Shown here one piece after another: positions 1 to 17,700 of a DNA stretch of 64,000 bases. Made by a program: the position numbers and the translations under genes. This DNA comes from Antedon mediterranea (taxonomy: Eukaryota; Animalia; Echinodermata): positions 15,438,001 to 15,502,000 of the forward strand of contig NC_092671.1 of NCBI RefSeq assembly GCF_964355755.1, given 5' to 3'. Positions within the stretch are counted from its first letter, which is position 1; every line of letters starts with the position of its first letter. A model generated the notes under the pieces. It was not told the DNA's origin. It was given only the letters and a program-made list of their open reading frames with translations, and ran no database searches.

Positions 1-3000
1 TTTATGGAAGAAAAGGTATGTTATATAGGCCTATATATTTATAATTTGTTTTTGGTCATCTATGGACTATTTTCATGTTATTAACAAAATTCAACATGTT
101 TTCAGGTTGTATTTGCTGTGACTGATTTTGTAAGCGAGAACTTGGGCAAACGCTTTGTTGAGAACCCTCCCATTGATCTTGGTACACTTTATCAAGACAT
201 GACGCCATCAACACCGCTGGTGTTTGTGCTTAGTACCGGATCAGATCCTATGGCAGCATTCCAGAGGTTTGCTCGAGAAAAGAACTACTTAGATAGAATT
301 CAAGCGATCTCTCTTGGCCAGGGTCAGGGACCAGTTGCAGAGAAAATGATGGAAGCTGCAGTTAAGAATGGTGACTGGATATTTCTTCAGGTAAAAAATT
401 ACAAATAAATGGTTTTACTAAAACTTACTCAATCTGGAGTATGTGCCTTGACCAAAACAGAGTGGTATGGAACACTAATCACTCTACATCAGTTTGTGCA
501 ACCTACTTTGCTTAAGCTCTGTCTACACTATCAAACTTTATGTGATAAAAAAGTGTTATTTGCCCATATATGAGCATATCACACTTTTTTTGTCAAACTA
601 GAAGAAGTAGTTAAATGAAACAAGGAGTAGATTTGCATGGAATATTATACTGACATATTGAGACAGATATTTAGATGATGACTGTATTCTAAATATCTAT
701 AACCTTTATTACAATAGAATTGCCATTTGGCTGCATCTTGGATGTTAAGCATGGAAGAAATCATAAAAGAAATGGGAGAGCCTGGTGCAGAAATCCATGC
801 AGACTTCCGACTGTTCCTCAGCTCTATGCCTACAAAGGTTTTTCCAGTTTCTGTGCTTCAGAACAGTGTAAAGGTCACCAACGAGCCTCCAAAGGGCCTG
901 AGGGCTAATATCCGTAGGGCTTTCTTTGAGTTGACTCCAACTCATTTTGAAGAACACAGTAAGTTGTATAACGATTGCGTTGATTTTACTAGATTTTAAT
1001 TGAAGGTTTTAACTAGTGTTGCTACTAAGCTTCAATTATCAATCATGTCATAGCATTTTATGGTCTTCTCTTTCCCAGTTCTTGGTATCAAATGGAGGAA
1101 GATGATCTTTGGTGTTTGTTTGTTCCATGCTATTATACAAGAAAGAAAGAAATTTGGTCCACTTGGTTGGAACATCAAGGTATTTACGATATATAAAGTG
1201 TAGTACAATATAAATGAAAAAAAAGAGTAATCAATTGTTAATATGTTGAAAATGAGTAAATGTATTTAATAGTTAAATTGAAAAATACATTTTCTTTATT
1301 TTTTTAGTATGAATTTAATGACAGCGACAGAATGTGTGCCTTGGAAAACCTTAAGATGTTCTTAGATGATGGAGAGATTCCATGGGATGCTCTTCAGTAC
1401 ATCACAGGAGAGGTATTGTACCAATATGCTGGGTATAGTCCCAGTATTTACTTTTGCTCTGGATGTAGGCCTCTCCCTAGCAAGTTTTTTTCCTGAACCA
1501 GGGTTTCCCCGGGTATAGTCCCATCACCAAATTGTGTGTTGTGATTATGCTAGAGGATACTTTATTTTTTATATTTATTTATTTTTTCTCTAGATTACAT
1601 ATGGTGGCCGTGTAACAGATGCCTGGGATCAAAGATGTTTGAGAACAATACTTAAAAGATTCTTCTCGCCACAAATTCTAAATGAAAATTACAAGTTTTC
1701 AGATTCAGGTGGGTTTTCTTTTATAAATAAAACTACATTCCACCATTAATAAAATTAATTATGGAACATTCATGTTTTGTAATTGTTATGTACAAATTGA
1801 AAACATTATAACATTTTTGTTCAGGTATCTACTTTTGCCCGGACAAAGATACTTTACAAGAATACCGGCAGTACATAGAAGATCTACCAATAATTGATGA
1901 ACCTGAGATATTTGCTATGCATGAAAATGCAAACATTGCATTTCAGGTTAGTGTTCCAATCCTGAAGTACTTCTTGAATACTCTCCTAAATAGATAATGG
2001 TTTGATCCATATTAGTTATCTACTCTATGAATTATTTATTACAGTATTTCTAAACACATTTTACCTTCTTCTATCCATATTACATTTTCTATTTAGTTTC
2101 TTAAATCGTTAATAGACAGGTTTCGCAATCTTACAAATACGATAACGAAAACGGATACGTCACGCACACGTATTTGTTTTCGTAAGCCAGTAAAAATCTT
2201 GTTTCGCATGGTAACGAAATATTGAGGGCGCCGTCCAAAATATGACTGCGGTAAATTTGAGCGAAGCACAGGTACGTGTTGCCTGGTGCTTGGCTGCCTA
2301 GGCCTAGCGTAACATCAAAGCGAGTGAGGACTTTAAAAACTGCTATTTATCAAAATTGACCTGGCATTTTAGTAAATTACTTTAGTAAATTACTTTCAAT
2401 AAATCTATAATTATATTATAATCATGAATCATTCCTGATTCAAATGCAAAATGTGCAAAATAGATCAAAAACTATACTCGTTTTGTAGTTACGAATATGA
2501 CTGGTGATATTCGTCAACACGAATACGCTTTACAAATATGAAATGGGGATCAGCTCAAAAGTTTCACAAATGTGTGACGTATCCGTTTTCGTTATCGTAT
2601 TCGTAAGGCTGCGAAACCTCCCTAATATTCTAACCGGATTAAAACAGCTTGTATTTCTTCAACATTTAGTAGTAGTACTTACTCTGATATTTATTTGTAT
2701 CATTGTTGATTCATTATTTGTTTTTTACAAATTAATTGTTTATAAATCAAATCCATAATATCTTAGAAACAAGAGACAAAGTCAATGATTGATACTATAT
2801 TGGAAGTGCAGCCTCGTCTAGCTTCTGGAGGTAGTGGCAAAACGAATGATGATATTGTATACGAACTTGCAGAGAACATTTTAGGAAAGCTACCAGAAAA
2901 GTTGGATATTGAAATTGCTAATCAAGAGATGTTTAAGGTAATAACACTTTAAATTTCAACAAAATTTGGTCTTTTGATTTTTCCCCACATCAATTTGTTC

Positions 3001-6000
3001 CTCATTACCAATTAAACTACTAAATGAAAAGAATTACATTTATTTGTATTTGCCAATGCACAGAACACATTAGCCATAAGGTGATCTGAATCAGTGAGTA
3101 GTAGTTTTCATGTGAGTTCATTCTAGTAAGATGAAGACTAGTGAGAGAAACAAAATGAAATCAACCTTGTTTCTGTATATAGAAACTATATAGAGTTCTT
3201 TTTCTAATTTTAGCTTGAATGTAGTTTTGCCATAAAATCGTTTAGTTAAATTGATAGTGAACTCTGTTTTATAGCTTCTTAATAATTATTGTTTGATATT
3301 TAGACTGACAGCAAGGGACGCATAAACTCTTTAACCACAGTTCTATGTCAGGAAGTAGATAGGTTTAATAGTCTCCTGAAAGTCATTAAGGTAAGCCTAC
3401 TGTATGTTCCGCTGACTTGGCTTCTTCTGTAACATATTATATTATTTTACCTTTGTATTTCATAATTTAAAACGGGAACTTTCACTCAATTAAAATAATT
3501 TGAGTCCTAGGAATAGGTGGAAAAGTTGGTAGATTGATTTAATTTAAATTAAATATATTAAATTTTAACACAATAAAGGGTGATGTGTCTTTTTAACCTA
3601 CTTAACTTCATCCATGTCGACATTACTATAGTAGTAAAAGTGTAAGACCAAATGTATGTATGTTTTTTTATTAAAAAAAAAACTTTTTTTAGAACTCTTT
3701 AAGGACCATTCAGAAAGCTATCAAAGGATTAGTGGTGATGTCTGAAGAACTAGAAGCTGTTTACCATAGTTTTCTTAATAACCATGTACCAGATATGTGG
3801 TCAAATGCAGCATACCCATCACTCAAACCTCTAGCTTCTTGGGTCAAAGATCTGGAGCTTAGGTGTGGATTTATTGGAGTAAGTCGAATCTCATTTTTTG
3901 TTGACCATAGTAATATTTGTGATACCCTATCAAGGGGACACTTTATTGTGAAACAAACAAGAGGCAATTTGTGTTTTAAGACTATTTGGCCATATCCTTA
4001 TTCAGAGGACACCCCTATTAAGGGAACAGTTTGGATCCCAAAAATGTCCTCTTAATAGGTGTTCTACTGTGTTAGTGAATAACTAATAAGTATTTTTCTC
4101 CTTTTAGCATTGGATTGAGCATGGTTCTCCCAAGTCATTCTGGCTGTCAGGATTCTTCTTTCCCCAAGGTATTATTTGAGATGATGACAAATAATGATTT
4201 AGTGATGATGATGAATAGTGATGTAAATAAATGTTATAATATAGAGCTTTTGATTTTGGTAGGACTTATGATGTCATATGGAGGTACTATTCACATACCT
4301 TGCAATTTTTATCAAGGCATAGGACCCAATTTGGTCAACTCCAGGTCTAGACAATGGCCTTTGGTTCTGTTATAACACAGAAATGCTTGATTGAACCTTT
4401 TTGGGTGTAACTGATTTTACAGAACTGGGAAACGACTTGGCCAAATTACGTAATGCAATATTTACATAAGTCTTATGTCCTAGGTCTTTGCAAATTGTAA
4501 CGCATAATAAACTCATGATAAATAAAGGTGATGATATTCATTTGTGAGTACCATTATTTGCAGTAGAATTGTGACATTTAAAAAAGACATCCTCCCCACC
4601 AGCACCTTTATAACATAAATATACTGCAATGGCCAATTTACACAGATGAACAGTAATGATTAATGTGAGCAGAAGTGGTTGAGCTGAAAACCTGCTTAGG
4701 ATAGACACAGATTCTGTGTGGGACAAGCTAAACAGTTTTCCACTTACCATTACCACTTTACTACTGTAAATTGGCCTTAATATTATAAGGATCACATTTT
4801 ATTTTCATTTTTTAGGTTTTCTGACTGGAACTCTTCAGAATCATGCAAGAAAGTATGACTACCCAATTGATCAATTGACATTCCGCTTTGAGGTCCTACC
4901 TATATATCGCCACCAAGTAGATGTTGCGGCACAGATGGAACAGCTTACGTTTGGACAGTCATTAGATGCCGATAAAGAGGTGAGTACAGTATTTGGAATA
5001 GTTGTTGTGATAACATACTAGGAAAAAAAGAAATGCAAGGTTATTATTTTGTACAACTTTTATGAAGTGCCAAAGCTGGGACAGGTTGTACTTCCATCTA
5101 CTAATGACTTTAAATCAAGTCCATTTTTTAGATCCCAATATGTCATTAAATCATCTTTTATTGCTCGTTATTAATCTTTTCATATTTGAAATATTTTACA
5201 ACTACATAGATAACGTGCAGCTGTATCAAGAATGATGTAAGAATTGTTTACAAAGAGTTAAAATTAATCCAATTTTGTTCAGTTTCTAGAATCAAGAATT
5301 CAAATTTGCTTTTTTATTTGTGTTAAAACTTATTATGTTTATGTAAATTTGTTTTTGGTATTTGACTAATTATATGTTAAAAATAGAAATGATCTTTTTC
5401 AATTCAAAAGTCAAAAAAATTAGACCCAGTAAGTGATAATGCAAACGTCCCGTTTTATTTTAAGTTTTTTATTTAAATGTTATTGTCCTATTGTTCTTTG
5501 CCTTCTTGTGATGTACAGAAAACAACTTCAGATGGTGATGTAAGTAGTGCAGTAAATTGTTGTGTGAAAAAAATGCACTTGTGATTTTGAAAAATGCAAT
5601 TGTGTGTCTTACCACTAATATCCAATTTGGCTAAAGTACTCTATTCAAAGCAATGTGAATTTTTATATAAGAATATAGGCTGAAAAATAGAATGCTTAGT
5701 ATGATTCACATAGCTAAAAATGAATGTACTATTGGAAGGAATGGTACTACAATTTATATATATAACTTGTATTTAAAAATGATATGGCTTTACCATGTTG
5801 AAACACTGGTTCTCGTCAGATCACCAAAGTTAAGGGCCTGGTTAGAGCTTAGATGGGAGACCATCTGGGAATATCGGGTGCTGTATATGGAGCTGGGGTC
5901 CCATTAGGAATTTGAAATCAGCACTGCTGACTCTTATGGCAGCCCCTGCATCTAATATCTGCCTCAGACTTATTGGCCCTTGCCTTTCCTCTGATCAAGG

Positions 6001-7714
6001 TGGGCATTGGACAAGAGAAGCCATTGATCATTCAGATGAATGTAAAATTATTGACATTGTTGTTTGTGACAGACGTCGGCCATAAACATTTAAAAAAGAG
6101 AAGTGATTTCAGGGTACATTCTTAGTGACTATACCCTGAAATAGCAAAAGGATAAGACATGACTAGTTAGAATGGACTGATTGTTGGTTTAGCATTGATC
6201 TTACACATTACTGTATAAGTTTTGCATACTTACTATATGTTTTTTTTAAAAATCTGTTTACATCTTTTTGACTTATATCTAATACATTTTATATATTTTT
6301 TATTACTGATATTCTAACAATGTGTGCAACGTTTATTCATTATTAACACTGTTTTTATTGTAATTATGAGTTTCATTTTATTAATGTATATTAATATTTC
6401 TTCTTGGTAACCTAATAATACAAAATTACACTTTTTTAACTTAAAGATTGTCCCCCTGAAAATAATTTGTTTAAACATTTTTTTTGTTGAATATGCCATT
6501 TTAATGTTACATAATAGTTATTGACTTTGACCAAAAATTGGATGGAAAAAAAATGTATTTACCTGAAAAAATGGAATTTAAAGCAAAAATGGTCAAATTG
6601 GCTGCCAGCTAATGGATTTTTGGTTGAATTTAACCATTTATCATGTTATTTTATTTATTTTTTTTTACGGAAGTTATTCACTTTATTAAAACTACAAAAT
6701 AACCTATTCAAAGTCTGATTTAATTAATCTTCATTTTTCATGTTTTTGGGGGACAATACATCTTTAAACTAAAATTACTAATAAATGATGTTATATACTT
6801 TTGAATTAATTATTGCTTTTTATTATTTTTTAATACATCTCAATCTTTTTATTTATTATTCAACTTCAACTGACTGATAATTTTAAGCAAACAAAAAACA
6901 TGCAAAGCTATAAAAATCTTTTTAATATGAAACACTGAAATTAAATTGTGTATTACTTGAAAAATTATCCCAATTAACATTTACACATACATTTAACGGC
7001 TAAATTAAGTACTTTTAGAGACTATATTACTATTATGCAAATGTTCTTTTTACAATTAGCTGCCAAATTTGGAAGACGGTGTATTAGTGCATGGATTGTA
7101 TATGGATGCGTCCCGATGGGATGATGAGAAGATGTTGTTAGCCGACAGCTATGCTGGCCAAATGAATCCACCTCTACCAGTGATGAAAATGGAGCCAGAA
7201 ATGAATTGTGAACCAAAGCCTACAGATTATATTTGTCCACTGTACAAGACAGGATTAAGGGCTGGAACTCTGTCGACCACAGGTAATTTATGGAGACAAT
7301 AGCTATGATTTATTTCAAGTTTGCGGTACACCACGTATATTTACAATTGAGAACTAAATATATGCGGTGTACTGCAAATTCAAACTTCAATGTAATAGCT
7401 ATAATATTTATTGAAATAAGTTACACATTTCAGGGCCGTAGCCACCAGTGCAGTTCGTAAGGTTTCAATCCGACTACTTTTTGGCAGAAGCATTTGACAA
7501 TCCCATGGCAATTCTCATAGCTACGGCTTTGCTTTGTTAATACTGTATTCACTGTTCGAAATGTATTATATAGGACTGTATTTTAAGTATGCTGTAATTG
7601 TTTTTCGCAGGTCATTCTACAAACTTTGTTGTGTCCGTTCACCTACCATCTGACCAACCCCAGGACTATTGGATCTCTAAGGGCTCTGCACTTCTTTGTC
7701 AACTTAATGAATAA
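1..7714 (+). CDS. DNAH6: Axonemal dynein heavy chain 6, 3' part (AAA6 and C-terminal domain); gene starts upstream of the window
   Basis: GT-AG exons joining in frame: <1-15, 106-390, 718-958, 1079-1179, 1308-1412, 1594-1708, 1825-1946, 2767-2937, 3304-3390, 3693-3878, 4108-4168, 4816-4979, 7060-7282, 7611-7714 (TAA). Dynein motifs [74 protein letters not shown]. The C-terminus [40 protein letters not shown] matches DNAH6 as I recall it. AATAAA at 8167, 8193 and 8211. Confidence 0.93.
2113..2624. mobile_element. Non-autonomous DNA transposon (MITE) with ~50-bp terminal inverted repeats, in a DNAH6 intron
   Basis: Left end tagacaggtttcgcaatcttacaaatacgataacgaaaacggatacgtcac is nearly the reverse complement of right end gtgacgtatccgttttcgttatcgtattcgtaaggctgcgaaacctcccta. 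Confidence 0.8.
4630..4777. mobile_element. PIF/Harbinger-type MITE; related copy at ~63210-63364
   Basis: Ends ggccaatttaca...tgtaaattggcct. Internal gtgggacaagctaa(a/g)cagtttt is shared with the copy near 63310. Confidence 0.65.
5781..6140 (+). mobile_element. 5S rRNA-derived element: degenerate 5S head 5781-5885 plus non-5S body; probable 5S-derived SINE or 5S pseudogene
   Basis: taccatgttgaaacactggttctcgtcagatcaccaaagttaag--ggcctggttagagcttagatgggagaccatctgggaatatcgggtgctgta aligns to metazoan 5S rRNA with an internal deletion of ~8 nt and no T-run terminator. Downstream tcattcagatgaatgtaaaa resembles the start of a Deu domain. The 3' boundary is approximate. Confidence 0.7.
6445..6763. 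mobile_element. Kolobok-like MITE with TTAA target-site duplications; family copies at 33830-34107 (inverted) and 48473-48769
   Basis: TTAA|agat(gta)ttgtcccc ... ggggacaatacatct|TTAA. The internal segment ctttgaccaaaaa(t/c)tggat is shared by all three copies. Confidence 0.75.
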
Positions 7715-8714
7715 ATCAAAAAGACTACATTTCTGAAGCAAACTGGAGGATATCAATGCTTACTCAAGTATAATCCCACCTCCAGGTTTGGAGTCATTTT
7801 AATATACTGTATATAGCCCATCTTTGTCCTCAAGTATAATCTCACCCCAAAACCAAACTAATATTAAAGGTATTTTGATATTTTCGAGTCCAAGAAATTG
7901 TGTTTTTTTTAAACTGAGATGTCTTAATATACCATTACGATACATTTTGTTTTATGTAAATAGGATATAAATATATGCTTGTAAAAACTATAAAATTATT
8001 AAGGTAAATTGTGATTTTCACTAACTGTATGTTTTATTTAGTATACACTGTCGGTGTATTGTGTAATTGCTGTGATTATTAAAGAATGTCCATATAACAT
8101 TTAATTAAAAGATAAATGAATTGTTCGTCCAGTGAATATTTAGTTAAATATATGCATTTATTGTAAAATAAAGTATCTATGATTCCATCCAGAATAAACA
8201 AATAATTTATAATAAACCTTGAAAATGGTAAATCCGTCCATATTATAATAAATATATTCTATTTTATAAAGTTGTCGTTTAAGTATGTTAAAATTAAAGT
8301 TTAATGAAGATGCAATTGTCTTGTCAATTATTTTGTTTTAAGTCTGTCTACATAAATGTGCCCCTATATGGACATGATGTCATATCTCATATTCAAACTT
8401 TACAATTGCTCCACTTGATTTTACATATAGGTCTCATCACATCTTTTCTGGAAGTTAGTAGTCAAAGTATTGGCCCCTATTTATTGTTTTCGCCTTTGTC
8501 CAAGATTGAGTATATATTAATTTGTACAGAAAAAGTATCTTTATATTAATAATGTATTCTCATTTATGATGCCAGACTAAAAGATACCACAAAACAACTT
8601 GTACTCTTTCACATGTGGTATTTTATTTTTTTATATTAGGATTCAGTCTTATAGTACTTCTTGTACTATCTATTAGTGACAGTTTATATAGTATTTCATT
8701 ATACTAATGTTTAC

Positions 8715-13789
<5,075 letters not shown>

Positions 13790-14154
13790 TTTGATTTCTT
13801 TCGCTCTTTATATAAAAACTGCAGCGCCTACAAAACTCGTGGGCCAAAAAGGCAGATCCACTGTAGAGAATCAGTGACGTAAACGTATTGGTAAAATAGT
13901 TTTTTGTTAATTTATAAAGTGTTAAAAATAGTTTATAATAATGTAGATGTATCTAATATAAATATTTGTTTTCAAAATATATTAATATTTTGCATTTACG
14001 TATAATTATTATATTTTAATAACAAAATGTCACATAATATTATAAAAACTTGTTTTTATAGAAAGATTATACTATAGAGGGAGGTATAACAAAAATACCG
14101 GGAAATTTGTTTTATTTTTTGTTTGTTAAGTTTCAAGATTTAGGCTCCTAATTG
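13790..14154. promoter_or_regulatory. RPL4 5' UTR with TOP/TCT-type initiator, and probable bidirectional RPL4-ZWILCH promoter
   Basis: Minus-strand ctgCCTTTTTggcc at 13846-13852, ~60 nt upstream of the RPL4 ATG. Half-CRE tgacgt at ~13875. E2F-like cgggaaa at ~14099. Candidate ZWILCH non-coding exon donor ttg|gtaata at 14154/14155. Confidence 0.6.
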
Positions 14155-14287
14155 GTAATAATTAAATTGCATAGTTTATCGGGTTTTATTTCAAAATATG
14201 TAAAGACAATTTTAACACTATTTGCTATTTAAGTTTAGAACGTGTTACGCATTAATATATTTGTTGTTAAGCAGTCCGAGTTCCCTT

Positions 14288-14652
14288 ACTAGCCTAGCTA
14301 CCTAGCCTAGGCCTACCTTCCTAAAGGCTAGGCTAGCTACTACTCTAGGGCTAGGCCTAGGCCTAGGCTATGTAGGCCTGCTATTCTAGGCCTAGCTAGT
14401 CTAGCTAGAGAGAGGGGTAGGCGTAGACCCTAGCCTAGCCCCAGCTAGGCCTATTACTAATAGGCCTAGGTCTGGTAGGCAGCCCTGGTATAACTATAGG
14501 AAGGCATAATATTAATAGCCTACCTACTAGGCCTAACTAGCCTACTACTACTAGAGTAGTAGCCTAGAGTAGAAGAGGTCTGCTACTACTACTACTAGGT
14601 CTGCTACTACTACTACGACTAGCTAGGCCTAGTAGGCCTGGCCCTAGCTAGC
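14288..14652. repeat. Low-complexity (CTAG/GCCTAGGCCTA)n tract in the probable first intron of ZWILCH
   Basis: Dense degenerate ctag, gcctag and cta repeats. Confidence 0.8.
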
Positions 14653-14729
14653 AGTTATTTCCTAACTTTGTTTAAAAATAAAATATTTTTATAATGTTAC
14701 AGATTTGTTTTTATTGAACCAAATAAAGT

Positions 14730-17700
14730 ATGAAAAGTCTTGTCAAGGAACATTTAAATTTTAAGAACATTTATGAAAGGTTAGTAATAATTATAAATAT
14801 AGTATGTCAATACAGCCCCGTGGTCAATATTAAAATAATATGCTTTACACGTTTACGTTGCGCTAATAATTAATATAAATTATTATAAATCTCATTTTTC
14901 TTAGACTAGACAAGAAAGAAGATGTTAGTGCAAAATACCTTAATTTTCAACTTGAAGTTATATCATGGAATGATCTTCCAAGTTCTGAGGTCATTCCAAC
15001 TTCTGTAAAATCGCAAGATAAGCTTATATTAGCATACAGTGTAAAGGTAACAAAATGCAATATAATCACTCATTAAACAGTATTATTTTATCTTATTAAT
15101 TTCTACAGTATATAAAAAAATATAAAAGAGACTATAATTATATAAACTAATAAATTCCAATGATATACTGAAATTTAATCGATCAATTTGAAATGATAAA
15201 GATGAGGAAATATGTGAGATTTGAACTTGGAATCTTCTGCTTGCTATGCAGATGTCCCAACCATTAGACCACTGTGGCTAAATATACAATGCCAAGGACA
15301 AACAAATGCAATATCAAAAAGCTATTGCCTGTAAGGTGTCTCTCCAACGTTGTATAATGTACTAACTATAGTATGTGCCACTGTTATTCCAACTAAACTT
15401 GAAGACATGATTCTAGTCACTAGAACTGGGTATTAATTTGTATTTTAGGTTGTTTGGCACAGTTTCATAATATGTAAAGTTTGTTTTGAATTTGTTTAGT
15501 CTTACAGAAAAGATTGTTTTGAAGACTCTTATACAAATGATGATGACTCATACTACAATGGAGATGACACATGCAATGTAGATGAAACATGCAATGGAAA
15601 TGCATGCCTTGGAAACAGCATCCTTGATGATACTGCTGACAAAGATGAGATTCGATATCCTGGTGTCAGTCTGGGAAAAGCAAGGTATTCCATTTTATAA
15701 CATGGGTTCAAGGATTTAGCTAATCAGACGCGCTGAAATGAGTCAGTTGTGCGCTCTTTATTTTTTCACGATCTTGCACAGGAGTGTAAAAAGTGTGCAG
15801 CAAAAAAATCATAAGAGCACTCTGTGTGTATATGCAGAATACTACCGATCGCGCTAGGCTAGCTGCACGATTTAGTACGAACGTCTGCACCGCGGTCCCA
15901 TTGCACCCTCAAATTCAAGCTTGTTTTAGGTCTACCTGTTTGAACACTAACGAGCATTGAAAGGTCTTAATTGCACAAAACAGATATTGTACAACAAAAG
16001 AATCATTGATTGGGATAAATCTTACACTACCTACCTATCTGGTCCATACATACAGTATTTGCATTATTTTTTTTAAACATTCTCAAGAAAATTTCAACTG
16101 AAAAGAACAGAATTTTTGTTTTGTTTACAATTTACATTATTTTATACAATCAAATGTAAGAATTCTATTTTAAAACCAAAATTATACCTAATGTTTATTT
16201 TATATCTTTAGGCAATGTGGACCAAGGACTACCAATAGTAAATTAATCACTGTCTTATATAGGTGGTAATCCCCCTAATACAGGGGATCATTTGTGAAGC
16301 AGTTCACCAGGGTAACCCCCCCTACTAATCTCGAATGATGAACTGGGTTCTTTGAAGTGCACACAGGTTATGTGGACCTACAGTTTATAGTCCTTATCCG
16401 AAAAGACTTGTTCCACCACCAGAACTAGGAGTGAGTCGGCCTCCAATCCTTGTCGATATTGTTGGCTCTTTAGGTACAGTAAACAGCGCCCCTGCTTTAA
16501 CCGCTCGGCCATTTGACTCTCTTTTTGATTGTCAATAAGTCCCTGGTGACAATTGTTTGTAATTTTGTACTGTATGTTTTAGGAGCCTCTTGTCATTATT
16601 TTGTTTATGGAAAGATGAGTCAACATTGCCTACAACCCCATTGTGGGTGATGTGTGACGGCAATGCATCGGAACATGTATTCCTCATGGGATGTTCATGG
16701 CAAAAAAATGAAGTACACAATCATGTAATTAACACCTACACAATATCCTGCCAAGGTAAATTCTACCGTTTATTCTGTCATTCAAATGATTAAAATAAAC
16801 TATATACGAGCAGAATAATAACAATCTGTAATAATAATTAATAATCTGTCTGCACATGTAGTACAGTATATTAATGAAACTTTTAATGGTTATTTTATAA
16901 TGAAATATCTGAAATACATTGTGTAGTTTTTCATTTTAACCTAAGCTAGCAAATTCAGCTACTATCTAGCATGCTGGGATAATTGAGAAATAATACAATA
17001 TTGATTTCTGCTACTGCAGGTCCATACCACAATAAGAGTGAGATTCCCTCTGTCCAACATCTTATGGAAGGGTTTTGCCAATCCGAAATTGTGAACGTAA
17101 GTCAGAAATCCATTTTTTATTTAATGAAGTTTGCTTTTCTTTTTGTTACTTTGATATTTTACTTAATACTTTTTAATATTTTATTCACACTGCCGCTGCA
17201 TTTTTTTCTTAAATTCTCCTAGAAAAAAATAAACACAAACATTGTTGCTTCACATGAATCATGTAGCAAAATTATTCCAGATTTAAATATGAATAGTAAT
17301 TGTTTTATAATGTAGTACATTAAGTGCATGTTTGAGTAGCCATTATATAAATATATTTATCAAATTTTAGGAATACATAGAGCTTATAATCTATGCTAAA
17401 ACTTCATGAAACCAAAGTTCATTGCATCCAATAAGCAAAACCTGATAATGTGAACTTCTGTCCTTAATGGGTTAATAACATTGCAAAGTGCGATAGAGAT
17501 AAACATTCTAATTATAGTCAATTGAAAGATGTCAACAAATGTATAAATCAAATATCATTGCCTTCGTTACAGTACATTTACACTTAAAGTAGAATATCAC
17601 CTTTTTGTGCGAAAATATGCTTAAAATAAGAGTGTATCAATTAACAAGTTCTCCCGCCATGCCCACATTGGGTGACACATTTAGAATGAGTTGAAAGAGT

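Noticed and set aside
5781-5885. Functional 5S rRNA gene
   Set aside because: It has an internal deletion, many substitutions, no oligo-T terminator and a single intronic copy.
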